The notes under the pieces: model-generated
Seen by the model: only the letters and a program-made list of their open reading frames with translations
What the model was told of the DNA's origin: nothing
Database searches by the model: none
Origin: Oligoflexales bacterium
GTDB taxonomy: Bacteria > Bdellovibrionota_B > Oligoflexia > Oligoflexales > CAIYRB01
DNA: 37,370 nt
NCBI GenBank assembly: GCA_041736175.1
Contig: JBGSUI010000053.1
Location: forward strand, 1 to 37,370
Direction: 5' to 3'
In this document: positions 19,722 through 29,784 of the stretch, one piece after another
How positions within the stretch are numbered: the first letter of the stretch is position 1
Layout: the number at the start of each line of letters is the position of its first letter
Position numbers and translations under genes: made by a program

Positions 19722-21243
19722 CGAACGCCTCCGTCATGATAAGTTCGGCCAACATCCCGTTGATATTGTATTGGTGGACCGTTTTAAGGTTTTTCCAAGC
19801 TCGTTCAAACTCCTCCTGTTCATAGGCCAAGGGCTCATGCCCCATCAAGACCTTCCAGTAGTCCTTCACCGTCTGTGCGGCAAATTGGTCGCTGTTTGCC
19901 ACCACACTGGCCCATTCCCTTAGATTAGCCACTTTTTGACCCAACACATAGCCTTCCTCGGGCATTTGTTCGATCTTGGGGTATTTAGAGGCCAAGTACT
20001 CCATCCGCGTCTTCGAATAGGACAAGGGGGTGAGGTTAGACTGGTCTCCAAGGCGTTTGATGTCCTTGAGGCCTTCGGCATTTTTTCCTGCCAACACCTG
20101 CGTGGATCCCGTCAGGCCGTTGTAGTTGCGAAAGGGATAGGTCATGGGGTCGATCGTGCGATGGCATTCGGCACACTGGGGTTTAGTGACCCCTTTGTCG
20201 TCATAATCTTCAAAATGACTCTCCGCGGGATCAACCGTCCCTAAACCCTGAAGGGTGGCCAAACTGATACCAAGAAACCCATTAAAGGCTTGGGCGACGA
20301 GCACCCGGGCCACCGCCGTATAGTTCAAGTAGAACCCCAGGGTCCAAAACGACGTTAACAAGCCCGCCCGGTACTCTGGCTGCATCACGATGCCGTCGTC
20401 GAGCCTTACTGGGGTGAGTCGGGTATAGATGGTACGGTCGCTTTGTTTTTCTCGCTTAACCCCGTAGTCCGCCAGGAGGACATCTCTGGCGTCATGGCCT
20501 GCAATCTGAGAATAAACAAATATATTATAGTCGTCATAGTAGTCCACAAGACCGATCACAGACTCATCTTCGCCGGATTTTACCGATCCCACTGGGCGAA
20601 TCTTATAGTGACCGATCTCCCAGACGACCCCATCTTTACCGATCCAATGTTCGGTTTCGAGACATTTTTCTAACTGCTGTTTTAGAGCCACCAGTTTTGA
20701 GTCGGGAGCTAATTTTTTAAACGACGTAAACTCGTCCCAGGAGGGCGGCTCGCCACAGACCACATTCCAAATTTTTTTGTAGGCATAGTCGGAGTCATAC
20801 TGGCACAGTTTATAATACTCATTCTCACCACTTGTCGCGTTGGATTGACAACGATTTGACTGTGGCACGCTTGCCTTAAACCCTGGAAGGGTTCCCTGCT
20901 CGATCTCCAGTTGATTGCTAAAACCATCGCTATCGCTATCTTGGGACAAGAGGTTTCTGGTCACATCGCGAAAGACCTGTTCGTTATTGTCGAAAACCTC
21001 GTTTGCTTGGGTGTATTCTGACTTAATGCTTGCTCCGAAAGGGTTGAGCTCCGGTGGCACCACCTGATGACAGTAGGCGCAGCTCAGTTGGGTCCCCTTG
21101 CAGCTCGGACTGTCCGGATAGGCTCGACAAAACAGCTCTGGGCCAAAAGGTCGTCCTAAGCCTTCCGTCCCCGTTGCTAATAAGATCACGACGAAAAGTC
21201 CAATGATTATTTGTTTGAGTTGTATAGATTTTAAGCGCAACAA
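19711..21243 (-). CDS. Secreted di-heme c-type cytochrome-like protein (DUF1588/DUF1585-like)
   Basis: Signal peptide; CAYCH and CAECHRTIDP; Ca-binding-like DSDSDGFSNQLEI; RAGLLTS; YWKVLMGHEP. Confidence 0.75.
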   Translation of the reverse strand: MLRLKSIQLKQIIIGLFVVILLATGTEGLGRPFGPELFCRAYPDSPSCKGTQLSCAYCHQVVPPELNPFGASIKSEYTQANEVFDNNEQVFRDVTRNLLSQDSDSDGFSNQLEIEQGTLPGFKASVPQSNRCQSNATSGENEYYKLCQYDSDYAYKKIWNVVCGEPPSWDEFTSFKKLAPDSKLVALKQQLEKCLETEHWIGKDGVVWEIGHYKIRPVGSVKSGEDESVIGLVDYYDDYNIFVYSQIAGHDARDVLLADYGVKREKQSDRTIYTRLTPVRLDDGIVMQPEYRAGLLTSFWTLGFYLNYTAVARVLVAQAFNGFLGISLATLQGLGTVDPAESHFEDYDDKGVTKPQCAECHRTIDPMTYPFRNYNGLTGSTQVLAGKNAEGLKDIKRLGDQSNLTPLSYSKTRMEYLASKYPKIEQMPEEGYVLGQKVANLREWASVVANSDQFAAQTVKDYWKVLMGHEPLAYEQEEFERAWKNLKTVHQYNINGMLAELIMTEAFGVP

Positions 21244-21263
21244 AGTCCCCCTTCCATCGACCT

Positions 21264-22550
21264 CTACTGTGGAAAACCGTTATCTGCCCAGCGTTTAACC
21301 ATAGCTTTCACATCGTCCTTTAGTTTTTCATTTTTAGGCATCGCCCCTGACAGGATAGCGTCGCGAATCTTAGGGCCAGCCGCCTTAACCAGTCCATAGT
21401 TCGAAAGGTCAATGGTCGCTTTTTGAAACTCGTTATGACAGCTAATGCAGCTATTGTTGATCAATTTTTCGATCTGCGGAGTGTACTTAGGGATATCAGC
21501 CTTAGAATCTCCGCCTCCATCTCCCTCGTACTGGCTAACAAAATACATGATGTCTTCGTCACCCACATTGGCAACGATCGATGAGAATTTTTTGTTTTTG
21601 TGGTCGATATAGTATTCGGTCCACAGGTGAAATCCTAACGCTAAGGTGATCTCCTCGTTAACAAATCGATTGGTGATACGAAAAGCAGAGTCCCCTTCGA
21701 CGGCGAGGGTTTTACCGCCGATTACTTGGTTTTTGCGCTGTTTTGGGTCGATCCGCTCCAAAAAAATACTTCCGGTAATCGTCCCTAAACCCTTCAGTGC
21801 AGGATGATTGGTGGATTTGATCGTCACTGTCACCGGGCCAAAGGACCTAAAGTTTGGTATTTCTTTTTCTAACCTCTCCCGTGAAGCGAGGGGCGATACA
21901 TTGGGTAAAAACTGGGGAGCAATCTGCGACTGCGTCACATAACCACCCCGCTGGCTCACTAGACTGCTTGCGGAAATATTGCACACCAGTCCCGACCATT
22001 GATCTCCCGTTTTGACTCCTGGTGGCTCCATGCCGCTGATGGCCGGGCCTCTAAACCGCCGCGCCAACTCTTCGGCCCGCTCGATGATAGGTTTGGTATC
22101 GGACACGGTGCCGAAGGTGGCAGAACCAGAGACCTCTCCCACTTTAACCCCGACATCGAGAGTTGTTTTATTTAGGGTGCCGACGAGATTGAGGGTCGCC
22201 GTGAGAGGGACAAACGCTTTTGCGATGCCCGCATTGATCTCCTTAAGGTACTCATACTGCATTTGGCTTTGAAAGATGGGCACATCCTTTTTGGCTAAAT
22301 CCACAACACCGCAGTGTTTAAGGACCGTGCTAAGGTCTTCGTCCACCACGCCCGCGATTTTGTCATCCCCTTTATCCTCAGCCTCTTTCTTGATGATATT
22401 CACTTCGCTATTTTTCCACTGATCGATCACATTTGGATCGATAGGAAGTTCTCCCGGCGACCCTGGTCCGGGATCGGCCTTTTTAGATTCTTGGCACCCT
22501 GATAACAGCGTTAAGGAACCGGCAAGTATAAGTATAAGTAAACCCAACAT
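21264..22550 (-). CDS. Lipoprotein with C-terminal mono-heme cytochrome c domain
   Basis: Lipobox LSGC; C-terminal CISCH...GAMP (Met ligand)...WADNG. Confidence 0.8.
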   Translation of the reverse strand: MLGLLILILAGSLTLLSGCQESKKADPGPGSPGELPIDPNVIDQWKNSEVNIIKKEAEDKGDDKIAGVVDEDLSTVLKHCGVVDLAKKDVPIFQSQMQYEYLKEINAGIAKAFVPLTATLNLVGTLNKTTLDVGVKVGEVSGSATFGTVSDTKPIIERAEELARRFRGPAISGMEPPGVKTGDQWSGLVCNISASSLVSQRGGYVTQSQIAPQFLPNVSPLASRERLEKEIPNFRSFGPVTVTIKSTNHPALKGLGTITGSIFLERIDPKQRKNQVIGGKTLAVEGDSAFRITNRFVNEEITLALGFHLWTEYYIDHKNKKFSSIVANVGDEDIMYFVSQYEGDGGGDSKADIPKYTPQIEKLINNSCISCHNEFQKATIDLSNYGLVKAAGPKIRDAILSGAMPKNEKLKDDVKAMVKRWADNGFPQ

Positions 22551-22706
22551 TGTGACCTACCTTTAGCTTAGTGAATAAAACCATATTCCCTTTTCGGCGC
22601 AACAGCCTTCCCAGCTTGAGCTAACTCCCAAATTACCGAAAACAATTAGTCTTTTTAGGGGTGATTTGCTAACGTGGTCGACAGCGTTTCCTATCAGAAT
22701 GGAGTC

Positions 22707-23906
22707 CTAGGATTTAAGAGCTGTGGCGATCGGCAGCTTTAAAACCTGCAATGCAGAAAGTAAAGTGGCCAAGATGGCTGTCAACGCTCCTGTCAGCATC
22801 GCTAGCACAACGGCTGACATTTCAAAATGTAGGGGGATGGCAAGGGCCCGATTGGTGCCAGGGGTGGGCGGCATGATGATGCCACCTGGGATCAAGAAGT
22901 TGACCATAAAGGCAAGGACGACCCCTAGGAGGACTCCGAGGCTCGCAATGGTGGCCCCCTCAATCACCAAAAGGCCGATCACACTGGCCTTGCTCTCCCC
23001 GTTAGCCCGCAGCATTCCCAGCTCCCGTTTTCGCTCAAGGATGGTGTTCGAAGCGCTGTTGTAGATGGCTAAAAGGATCACCCCTAGAAAGATGCCTCGA
23101 AACAGGTTCATCAGCGCCGTCAAAAACAGCCTGCCGTTTTCGGCCCAAACAAAATCTATTTGGTATACTGAGAGAGCTTCTAACATCGGGTACTTGTCTG
23201 CAAAATCCTGTGAAAAACCTTGCCAATCATTCTCCTGTTTAAGCCCAAGCACCATGGATTCGATTTTGTCACTTTCCAGGAGGAGCTGGGCCTGGTCGAG
23301 TTGGATTTGGAAGAGCATATCATCAGCCTCTTTAAAACCGACGTTAAAGATGCCCGTCACGGTGGTGTCGATGCCGTTGAGGGTTCCATGGACAGTTTGT
23401 CCTAAGACTGTCAGTGAATCACCGATTTTTGCATTGAGAGCTTTGGCTAAGCCTTGGCCCAGAACCAGCCCATCCTTGCGGGTCCCGATCGGGCCACCGG
23501 CTACAAAATTCATTTGGTTAAAAAACACCGACTCCTCGGGACCTAAAACCCCTTGGCCGCGCCCCGCCACATGGGTGTTCCCGTTGGAAAGCAATGCAAA
23601 AAACTGCACTCTTGGAAAAACGTGCTCCACCCGAGGATCTGCTTTGAGTTCTTTGAGGAGAGCACTTGGGTTGGTCAACCAGTGATTTATGGGTTTTTCA
23701 AAGGGCTGATCCCAGTAACCCTTGGTTGTGATTTGGCCGTGGCCATGGCGGGAATGGATCGAGTTTTGGGAATGGGTGTAGAGTAGCCCCGTAAAAAAAC
23801 CTTGGATAAGTAGTAAACCAAAAACCCCTACCCCAATCGTTCCTAGGGCAACGACCGTCCGCCGCTGGTTTCTTTTGATATTGCGGATGCCAAATTTAGC
23901 CAGCAT
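22707..23906 (-). CDS. ABC transporter permease, LolC/E-FtsX/MacB family
   Basis: RNIKRNQRRT, one TM, large periplasmic domain, ERKRELGMLRANG, three further TMs. GGAG RBS before ATG 23906. Confidence 0.9.
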   Translation of the reverse strand: MLAKFGIRNIKRNQRRTVVALGTIGVGVFGLLLIQGFFTGLLYTHSQNSIHSRHGHGQITTKGYWDQPFEKPINHWLTNPSALLKELKADPRVEHVFPRVQFFALLSNGNTHVAGRGQGVLGPEESVFFNQMNFVAGGPIGTRKDGLVLGQGLAKALNAKIGDSLTVLGQTVHGTLNGIDTTVTGIFNVGFKEADDMLFQIQLDQAQLLLESDKIESMVLGLKQENDWQGFSQDFADKYPMLEALSVYQIDFVWAENGRLFLTALMNLFRGIFLGVILLAIYNSASNTILERKRELGMLRANGESKASVIGLLVIEGATIASLGVLLGVVLAFMVNFLIPGGIIMPPTPGTNRALAIPLHFEMSAVVLAMLTGALTAILATLLSALQVLKLPIATALKS

Positions 23907-24630
23907 GGGATATCTCCCCTGGCCGTTGCCGCGCGATGGTCCCATCCCGCACCTCGATCACGCGGTGGGCACTCTCAATAACGAGAGGATCGTGGGAGGC
24001 CATAACGATGGTGAGACCCCTTGTAACGGCGAGATCTTTGACCATACTGATGATGTTGACCGTATTGGTGCGGTCGAGATTGGCGGTTGGCTCGTCGGCA
24101 ATCATCACCTTAGGCCTTTTGGCGAGTGCCCTCGCAAAAGCCACCCTTTGCTTTTGGCCACCGCTTAGTTCGCGGGGTGTTTGGGTGGCGCAGTCGGAGA
24201 CTCCCAAGTCGTCTAAAGCCTGCTGAACGATTTTTTGGCGCACTCCTTTGGAATGGCCCTGGCGCGCGACAAAATACTCGACGTTTTCCTCGACGGTGAG
24301 GACGTCTAGGAGTTGAAAGTCTTGGAAGACAAACCCAATCTCAAATAAGCGGATATGGTTGATTTCGGCAGGTTTGAGGTTTTGTACTGGGCGACCTCCG
24401 TAGACTATCGAACCGGACTGGAGGCCTTCAATAAATCCAATCAGATTTAATAGAGTGCTCTTACCTGAGCCCGAAGGACCAGAAATACAGACAAATTCAC
24501 CAAGGTCAACGTCCATGTTTACATGATAGAGCACCTGTTGGGTCACGATCGGGTTGATTTTTCGTGATCCATTTTGGCTATAGGAATACCCCAGATCCCT
24601 GATACGATAGATGTTTTGGCTTTTAGACAA
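23896..24630 (-). CDS. ABC transporter ATP-binding protein, LolD-like
   Basis: GPSGSGKST, LSGGQKQRVA, ADEPTANLD and SHD motifs. Confidence 0.95.
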   Translation of the reverse strand: MSKSQNIYRIRDLGYSYSQNGSRKINPIVTQQVLYHVNMDVDLGEFVCISGPSGSGKSTLLNLIGFIEGLQSGSIVYGGRPVQNLKPAEINHIRLFEIGFVFQDFQLLDVLTVEENVEYFVARQGHSKGVRQKIVQQALDDLGVSDCATQTPRELSGGQKQRVAFARALAKRPKVMIADEPTANLDRTNTVNIISMVKDLAVTRGLTIVMASHDPLVIESAHRVIEVRDGTIARQRPGEISHAG

Positions 24631-24935
24631 AGTTGGCTTAAACCTCCCAGAGATCTTATCGGGATTTGCCTAGGATTTTTAAGAAATATTTGATTCAAAA
24701 TAAAATTTTTATGTTTAATACTCACACATAAAAGTAGAGTTTCTGTTTAAAGTTTTGACTTTGAGCTTAGGACGACAGTGGCCAACCCCACAAAAAGACT
24801 CTCTTGTAGCACCTAACCGGAATCGGCTTAGAAATTGCAGCATCTAACAAAAAGGAACTCGATAGGAAAAAAAAATGGTAAGTCACGCAAACGGTATACA
24901 AAATATGCCGCAAAAAATCAGAGGAGGAGCAACCG

Positions 24936-27900
24936 ATGACCAGGTCAAGTCATGCAGGAAAAAAGCGACCAAACGATATCGCTATTGTAGGAATTTCCGT
25001 TTGGTATCCAGGAGCTGTTAGCCTAACAGAATTTTGGGAAAACATTCTTGCAAAAAGACAGCAATTCCGGTCTATGCCAGACGAGCGGTTGCCAAAGAGC
25101 GACTATTATAGCGCTGATAAAGCCGAAAACGATAAAACCTACGGCCAAGAAGCCGCGGTGATCGATGGATTCGAATATGATTGGCAGTCCCGAAGGATTC
25201 CCAAGAAAACCTTTGAATCAACCGACATCGTCCACTGGCTCGCCCTCGAAGTGGCCCTTAAGGCCCTCGAAGATTCCAAGCTAGATACTAACCGACTTAA
25301 AGAGCTGCAAACCGGTGTCATCCTCGGCAACACCCTTACAGGTGAGTGGACCCGGACCAACGCCATGCGTCTGCGTTGGCCATTTTTTGCAAAAGTCATG
25401 CGTGAAACCGCCCAGCATCGTGGACTGGATAGCCAGGTTGCCGAAGATTTGATCAAACATGCCGAACATGCCTTTAAATCGGTGTTTCCAACGGTCAACG
25501 AAGACACCCTCGCTGGAGCACTCTCCAATACCATCGCCGGACGAATCTGCAATTATTTAGATATCCACGGTGGCGGGTTTACCGTCGATGGGGCCTGTTC
25601 GTCCTCTTTATTAGCCGTGTTAACCGCGGCCCAGCATCTCAGCGCAGGCACTCTAGATGTGGCCTTAGCCGGTGGTATCGATATCAGTTTAGATACTTTT
25701 GAACTGATCGGCTTTGCTAAGACCGGAGCTTTGACAGTAGACGAAATGCGGGTTTATGATAAACGCGCCAATGGGTTTATCCCCGGCGAAGGCTGCGGGT
25801 TTATTGTGCTCAAAAGACTCGAAGATGCCGAGCGGGACAACGACCAAATCTATGCGGTCATTAAAGGATGGGGACTCTCATCAGATGGCAAAGGCGGGCT
25901 CACCGCTCCTAGCATCGATGGCCAAGCTCTTGCCATTAAAAAAGCCTACCAGATGGCCGGCTACGGGGTCAAAGATCTGAGTTTTGTCGAAGGCCATGGC
26001 ACGGGCACCACCCTTGGGGACAAGGTGGAGATTTCTGCCCTCCAAAAAGCTCTGGGAGATGATCTCCCCACCCAAAAAATCGCATTAACATCGTTAAAGT
26101 CGATTATCGGCCACACCAAAGCCGCTGCCGGCATCGGAGCGTTGATCAAAGCTGCCATGGGCGTCAACCAACGGATCATCCCACCCATCGCTGGAGTCGA
26201 AGATCCAAATACTCTTTTTGAAGATCATGCCCAAAATTTCTACCCGGCGATCAACGGCAAAAAGCTTACCGAATCGAATATCATCCGAGCAGGAGTGTCG
26301 GCCATGGGATTTGGCGGAATCAACACCCATGTCACCCTTGAAAGCTACGGCACTCCCCTGGAGCATATCCGCTCCCAAACCCCAGAGAAAACCCTGCTCA
26401 ACAGCCATGACCGAAGCGAAGTGGTGATCTTCACTGCCCCAAGCCAAGCCACCCTGGTCAGGATTATCAACCTTGGGGTCCAAGAGTCCAAAGGCATGAG
26501 CCGCAGCGAGCTGGGAGACTTTGCCTTTGAACGCTCAAGGCTTGCTCGAAACGAAGACAAATTTAGAGCCGTAGCCGTGGTCAAAACACCAAGGGATTTG
26601 GACTCTGCCCTGCAAAAGCTGGTAGAATGGCTCCACTCGCCCCTTAAAGAAGGCAGCCTTACAGAAGCCCAAACTCCCCAGTCCTATGTGGCCCTTGCCT
26701 ACCGAGGGACAGCTCCTAAAGTCGGGTTTATCTTCCCAGGTCAAGGTTCCCAAAAAAATCAGATGGGTCTCAGCCTCGTCCAGCGTTATCCTTGGGCCGA
26801 CACCAAAGCCCAAAAAGCCCAATCGATCCTACAAAGCCAGTTTGGAATCGACCTATTAAAAACCGTGGAACACGGCGCCCATGGAGCCAAGTCGCTCCGT
26901 GACACCGAGGTCTCCCAGCCGGCAATCTCTCTGGTTAACAGCCTTACCTGCGATTTTTTAGGCCTCCTAGGAATCAAACCAACTGTGGTCGCTGGACACA
27001 GCCTGGGGGAACTGTCTGCCCTCTACGCGGCTGGATCACTAAACTTTGAACAGTTGGTCCAGCTCAGTGCCGAGCGAGGATCGTTTATGGGTGCTGGCCA
27101 AGGCCAAGCTGGAACCATGGCTTTTTTAGCCACCAACAAAGCTAAAGCCGAAGAGCTTATAGAAACCATCAAAGCCGACTCTCCCCAAGGCTATATCACT
27201 CTGGCCAATCATAACGGTCCCGACCAAGTGGTTGTTTCTGGAGACCCGCTTATGGTGGACTCCTTGGTCCAACTTGCCCAGCAGCATGGGATCAAAGGGA
27301 GTCTCCTCCCCGTATCCAATGCCTTTCACTCACGGTATATGGAGGCAGGAGCCGAAAAGTTCCAAGCTCGCCTCACCAGCCATGCTATGGCCAAACCTCG
27401 GGTCCCCTTTATCAAGGGAACCACAGGCGAAACCTTACGTCCCGAAGAAAATCTCAAATCCTATCTTGTCGGCCAAATCACCGCTCCCGTAGATTTTGTG
27501 ACCACCCTCTCCACGATGGCCTCCCAGTGTGACATCCTTATGGAAGTAGGACCAGGAGCTGTCTTGACCGGACTTAGCCGCAAGATCCTCGCCGATCATC
27601 CTCAGGGAAAAGCCAAAAAAGTCCTGTCGACTCTTGTGACACCTTTCCAAGATTTTGACTTTAAAACCACCCTTGCCGTTTGCTTTGCCAGCGGATTAAC
27701 CATTCATTGGAATCACCTTTTTGCGGAGCGCTTTTTCAAACCCTTTATCCCCGCAAGCCAAAAGACGTTTATCGGCAGCCCGACTGAAAAAAAACTATCT
27801 TTTATGGGCGAACGACTCTCCCCCCCTCTAGTGAGTTCTCCAGTGGTTTCTCCCGTGGTTTCTCCTGTAGTTACTCCTGTAGTTACTCCTGTGGTTTCTC

Positions 27901-29780
27901 CTGCGGTTTCTCACGTGGTTTCTCCTGTCGCCTCAGTCATGCCTGCGCTCCCTCTTCAAAAGACCGGCGTCAGCCGAGAATCCGAAATCTTGGAAAGCCT
28001 TTACCTTGAGGTTTCGGCCCTCACCGGGTTTGATCGCAACACCCTTACCCCGGATATGAGCCTCCTCGATGATCTTCACCTGGATTCGATCAAGGCTACA
28101 GAGCTGATCGGCAATATCTCAATGCAGTACAATGTGGCTGGTGAACTCGCCAACTTGCAATTAAACAATGCAAAGTTGTCAGAACTGGTCGCGTTGATTT
28201 TGCAATATTCTCCTGAAAGTCAAAGTAAATCGGTTTCCCCTTCTGCTGTTGCTGGGTCTAGCCTTGCGGTGCCTGTACTGGAAACACCCCACTCACCTGC
28301 CCCTTTGACTCAAACTCCGTCTGCGGTCGTCGAGACCCAACCCTCCTCCTCGATGATCTCTGGCATTGCTCACACCAGTCGAGCAAAAAACCGCGAACCC
28401 TGGACGCGCAATTTTTCCGAAGTCTTTATTGAAGCCCCCTTGGAAACCGTAGCTCCCACTCATAGCTGGCTCCATCAAAAGGTTATGATCGTCGCTCAAA
28501 CAGAATGTGATGCTGTATCGACCCTCCCTCTTGCAGATTTACGACAAGCCGGTGCCCAAGTTGAGACCCATGTTATGGATCAGGGACCTAAAAGGGATCT
28601 CAACTTGCAATCCTTTTCAACTGTGATCGTCATCATGCCTTCCCTCAAGGATTCTGATTCGCAAGTCCACGCCCAGCTCGACGACTCGATCCATCTTTTG
28701 ACGAGTCTTGCCCAGGGACGATTTGCTAAGTCGCAAAAAGTGGTTTTTGTCCAACAGGACGATGGAGTCTTCGGACGGGAGTCTGCGTCAAAAGTAAGCG
28801 CCAAAGCTTTTGCCCAGAGCCTCGCCCATGAACGCCAGGATCTCTCCATACTGGCGTTGTCGATCCATCGAGATCTGGTGGACCCAAGCCAAATCCTACA
28901 CTGGCTCACCTTAGAGCTTGGAAGCAGATCTAAATTGCTGATTGCCGGCTATAAACAAACAGGCCAAAGATTTGTCCCCGAGTTGCAACTGGATAAGACG
29001 GCAACCTACACCAAGCGGTCTCTCCCGTGGCTTTCAACCGACGTCCTCCTCGTCACCGGTGGCGCTAAGGGCATCACCGCCGAATGCGCCTTGCAATTTG
29101 CTCTCAAAAACCGCATCAAAGTAGCCTTAGTCGGATCGTCCTCCTACCCTTCAGCCCAGGATAATGCCGACCAACCAGGTCCGATCACCGGGATTCTCAA
29201 ACGCTACCAGGAAGCCGGCCTTACCGCCCACTATTTTTGCTGTGATATCACCAAACAAAATGATGTCAAGACGATGTTAGCCTCAGTCCAAAAAACCCTC
29301 GGTGTCGTGACAGGCATCATCCACGGTGCTGGGGTTAACCATCCTCGCCTCCTCCAGAGCGTGGACTTTGAAGTAGCCTCCAAAGAAGTGTATCCTAAAC
29401 TGAATGGGATGTTAGCTCTCCTCCAAGCCGTCGACGCACAGTCTCTTAAGATGGTGTCCGCGATGACCTCGGTCATCGGGGTGGTCGGTATGCCGGGAAA
29501 TGGCTGGTATGGATTTGCCAACGAAAATCTTGACCTGCTTTTACGGCGTCTAAAACAAGATCACCCCCATATCGTCACCCAGTCTTTTGCCTACAGTGTG
29601 TGGTCGGAGATCGGGATGGGCGCCCGCTTAGGGAGTGACAAAAATCTGGAAAACAAAGGTATCAGTGCGATTCCACCCAGCGAAGGAATTGCCAGATTTC
29701 TCCTACTTCTCGACTACCAAAGCCGGGATCAACAGACCATAATCACATCGCGCCTTGGTAGTATAAAGCTCTCGGCTTAA
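24936..29780 (+). CDS. pksE: Enediyne-type iterative type I PKS, N-terminal part (KS-AT-ACP-KR)
   Basis: PksE-characteristic KS segments STDIVHWLAL, GNTLTGEWTRTNAMRLRWP and EDTLAGALSNTIAGRICN. KS triad DGACSSS/EGHGTGT/GHTKAAAG; AT GHSLG and AFHS; ACP DLHLDSI; KR TGGAKGI and YGFAN. GAGGAG RBS. Confidence 0.88.
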   Translation: MTRSSHAGKKRPNDIAIVGISVWYPGAVSLTEFWENILAKRQQFRSMPDERLPKSDYYSADKAENDKTYGQEAAVIDGFEYDWQSRRIPKKTFESTDIVHWLALEVALKALEDSKLDTNRLKELQTGVILGNTLTGEWTRTNAMRLRWPFFAKVMRETAQHRGLDSQVAEDLIKHAEHAFKSVFPTVNEDTLAGALSNTIAGRICNYLDIHGGGFTVDGACSSSLLAVLTAAQHLSAGTLDVALAGGIDISLDTFELIGFAKTGALTVDEMRVYDKRANGFIPGEGCGFIVLKRLEDAERDNDQIYAVIKGWGLSSDGKGGLTAPSIDGQALAIKKAYQMAGYGVKDLSFVEGHGTGTTLGDKVEISALQKALGDDLPTQKIALTSLKSIIGHTKAAAGIGALIKAAMGVNQRIIPPIAGVEDPNTLFEDHAQNFYPAINGKKLTESNIIRAGVSAMGFGGINTHVTLESYGTPLEHIRSQTPEKTLLNSHDRSEVVIFTAPSQATLVRIINLGVQESKGMSRSELGDFAFERSRLARNEDKFRAVAVVKTPRDLDSALQKLVEWLHSPLKEGSLTEAQTPQSYVALAYRGTAPKVGFIFPGQGSQKNQMGLSLVQRYPWADTKAQKAQSILQSQFGIDLLKTVEHGAHGAKSLRDTEVSQPAISLVNSLTCDFLGLLGIKPTVVAGHSLGELSALYAAGSLNFEQLVQLSAERGSFMGAGQGQAGTMAFLATNKAKAEELIETIKADSPQGYITLANHNGPDQVVVSGDPLMVDSLVQLAQQHGIKGSLLPVSNAFHSRYMEAGAEKFQARLTSHAMAKPRVPFIKGTTGETLRPEENLKSYLVGQITAPVDFVTTLSTMASQCDILMEVGPGAVLTGLSRKILADHPQGKAKKVLSTLVTPFQDFDFKTTLAVCFASGLTIHWNHLFAERFFKPFIPASQKTFIGSPTEKKLSFMGERLSPPLVSSPVVSPVVSPVVTPVVTPVVSPAVSHVVSPVASVMPALPLQKTGVSRESEILESLYLEVSALTGFDRNTLTPDMSLLDDLHLDSIKATELIGNISMQYNVAGELANLQLNNAKLSELVALILQYSPESQSKSVSPSAVAGSSLAVPVLETPHSPAPLTQTPSAVVETQPSSSMISGIAHTSRAKNREPWTRNFSEVFIEAPLETVAPTHSWLHQKVMIVAQTECDAVSTLPLADLRQAGAQVETHVMDQGPKRDLNLQSFSTVIVIMPSLKDSDSQVHAQLDDSIHLLTSLAQGRFAKSQKVVFVQQDDGVFGRESASKVSAKAFAQSLAHERQDLSILALSIHRDLVDPSQILHWLTLELGSRSKLLIAGYKQTGQRFVPELQLDKTATYTKRSLPWLSTDVLLVTGGAKGITAECALQFALKNRIKVALVGSSSYPSAQDNADQPGPITGILKRYQEAGLTAHYFCCDITKQNDVKTMLASVQKTLGVVTGIIHGAGVNHPRLLQSVDFEVASKEVYPKLNGMLALLQAVDAQSLKMVSAMTSVIGVVGMPGNGWYGFANENLDLLLRRLKQDHPHIVTQSFAYSVWSEIGMGARLGSDKNLENKGISAIPPSEGIARFLLLLDYQSRDQQTIITSRLGSIKLSA
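27837..27929 (+). repeat. 12-bp coding tandem repeat (S/T-P-V-V), 7.75 copies, in the AT-ACP linker
   Basis: Units such as tctccagtggtt, tctcccgtggtt, tctcctgtagtt and actcctgtagtt. Confidence 0.95.
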
Positions 29781-29784
29781 AATG

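Noticed and set aside
24936..29780. PfaA-type PUFA synthase, or evidence of real enediyne production
   Set aside because: A single ACP and PksE-specific KS motifs argue against PfaA. The absence of E3/E4/E5 genes in the window means enediyne synthesis cannot be claimed.
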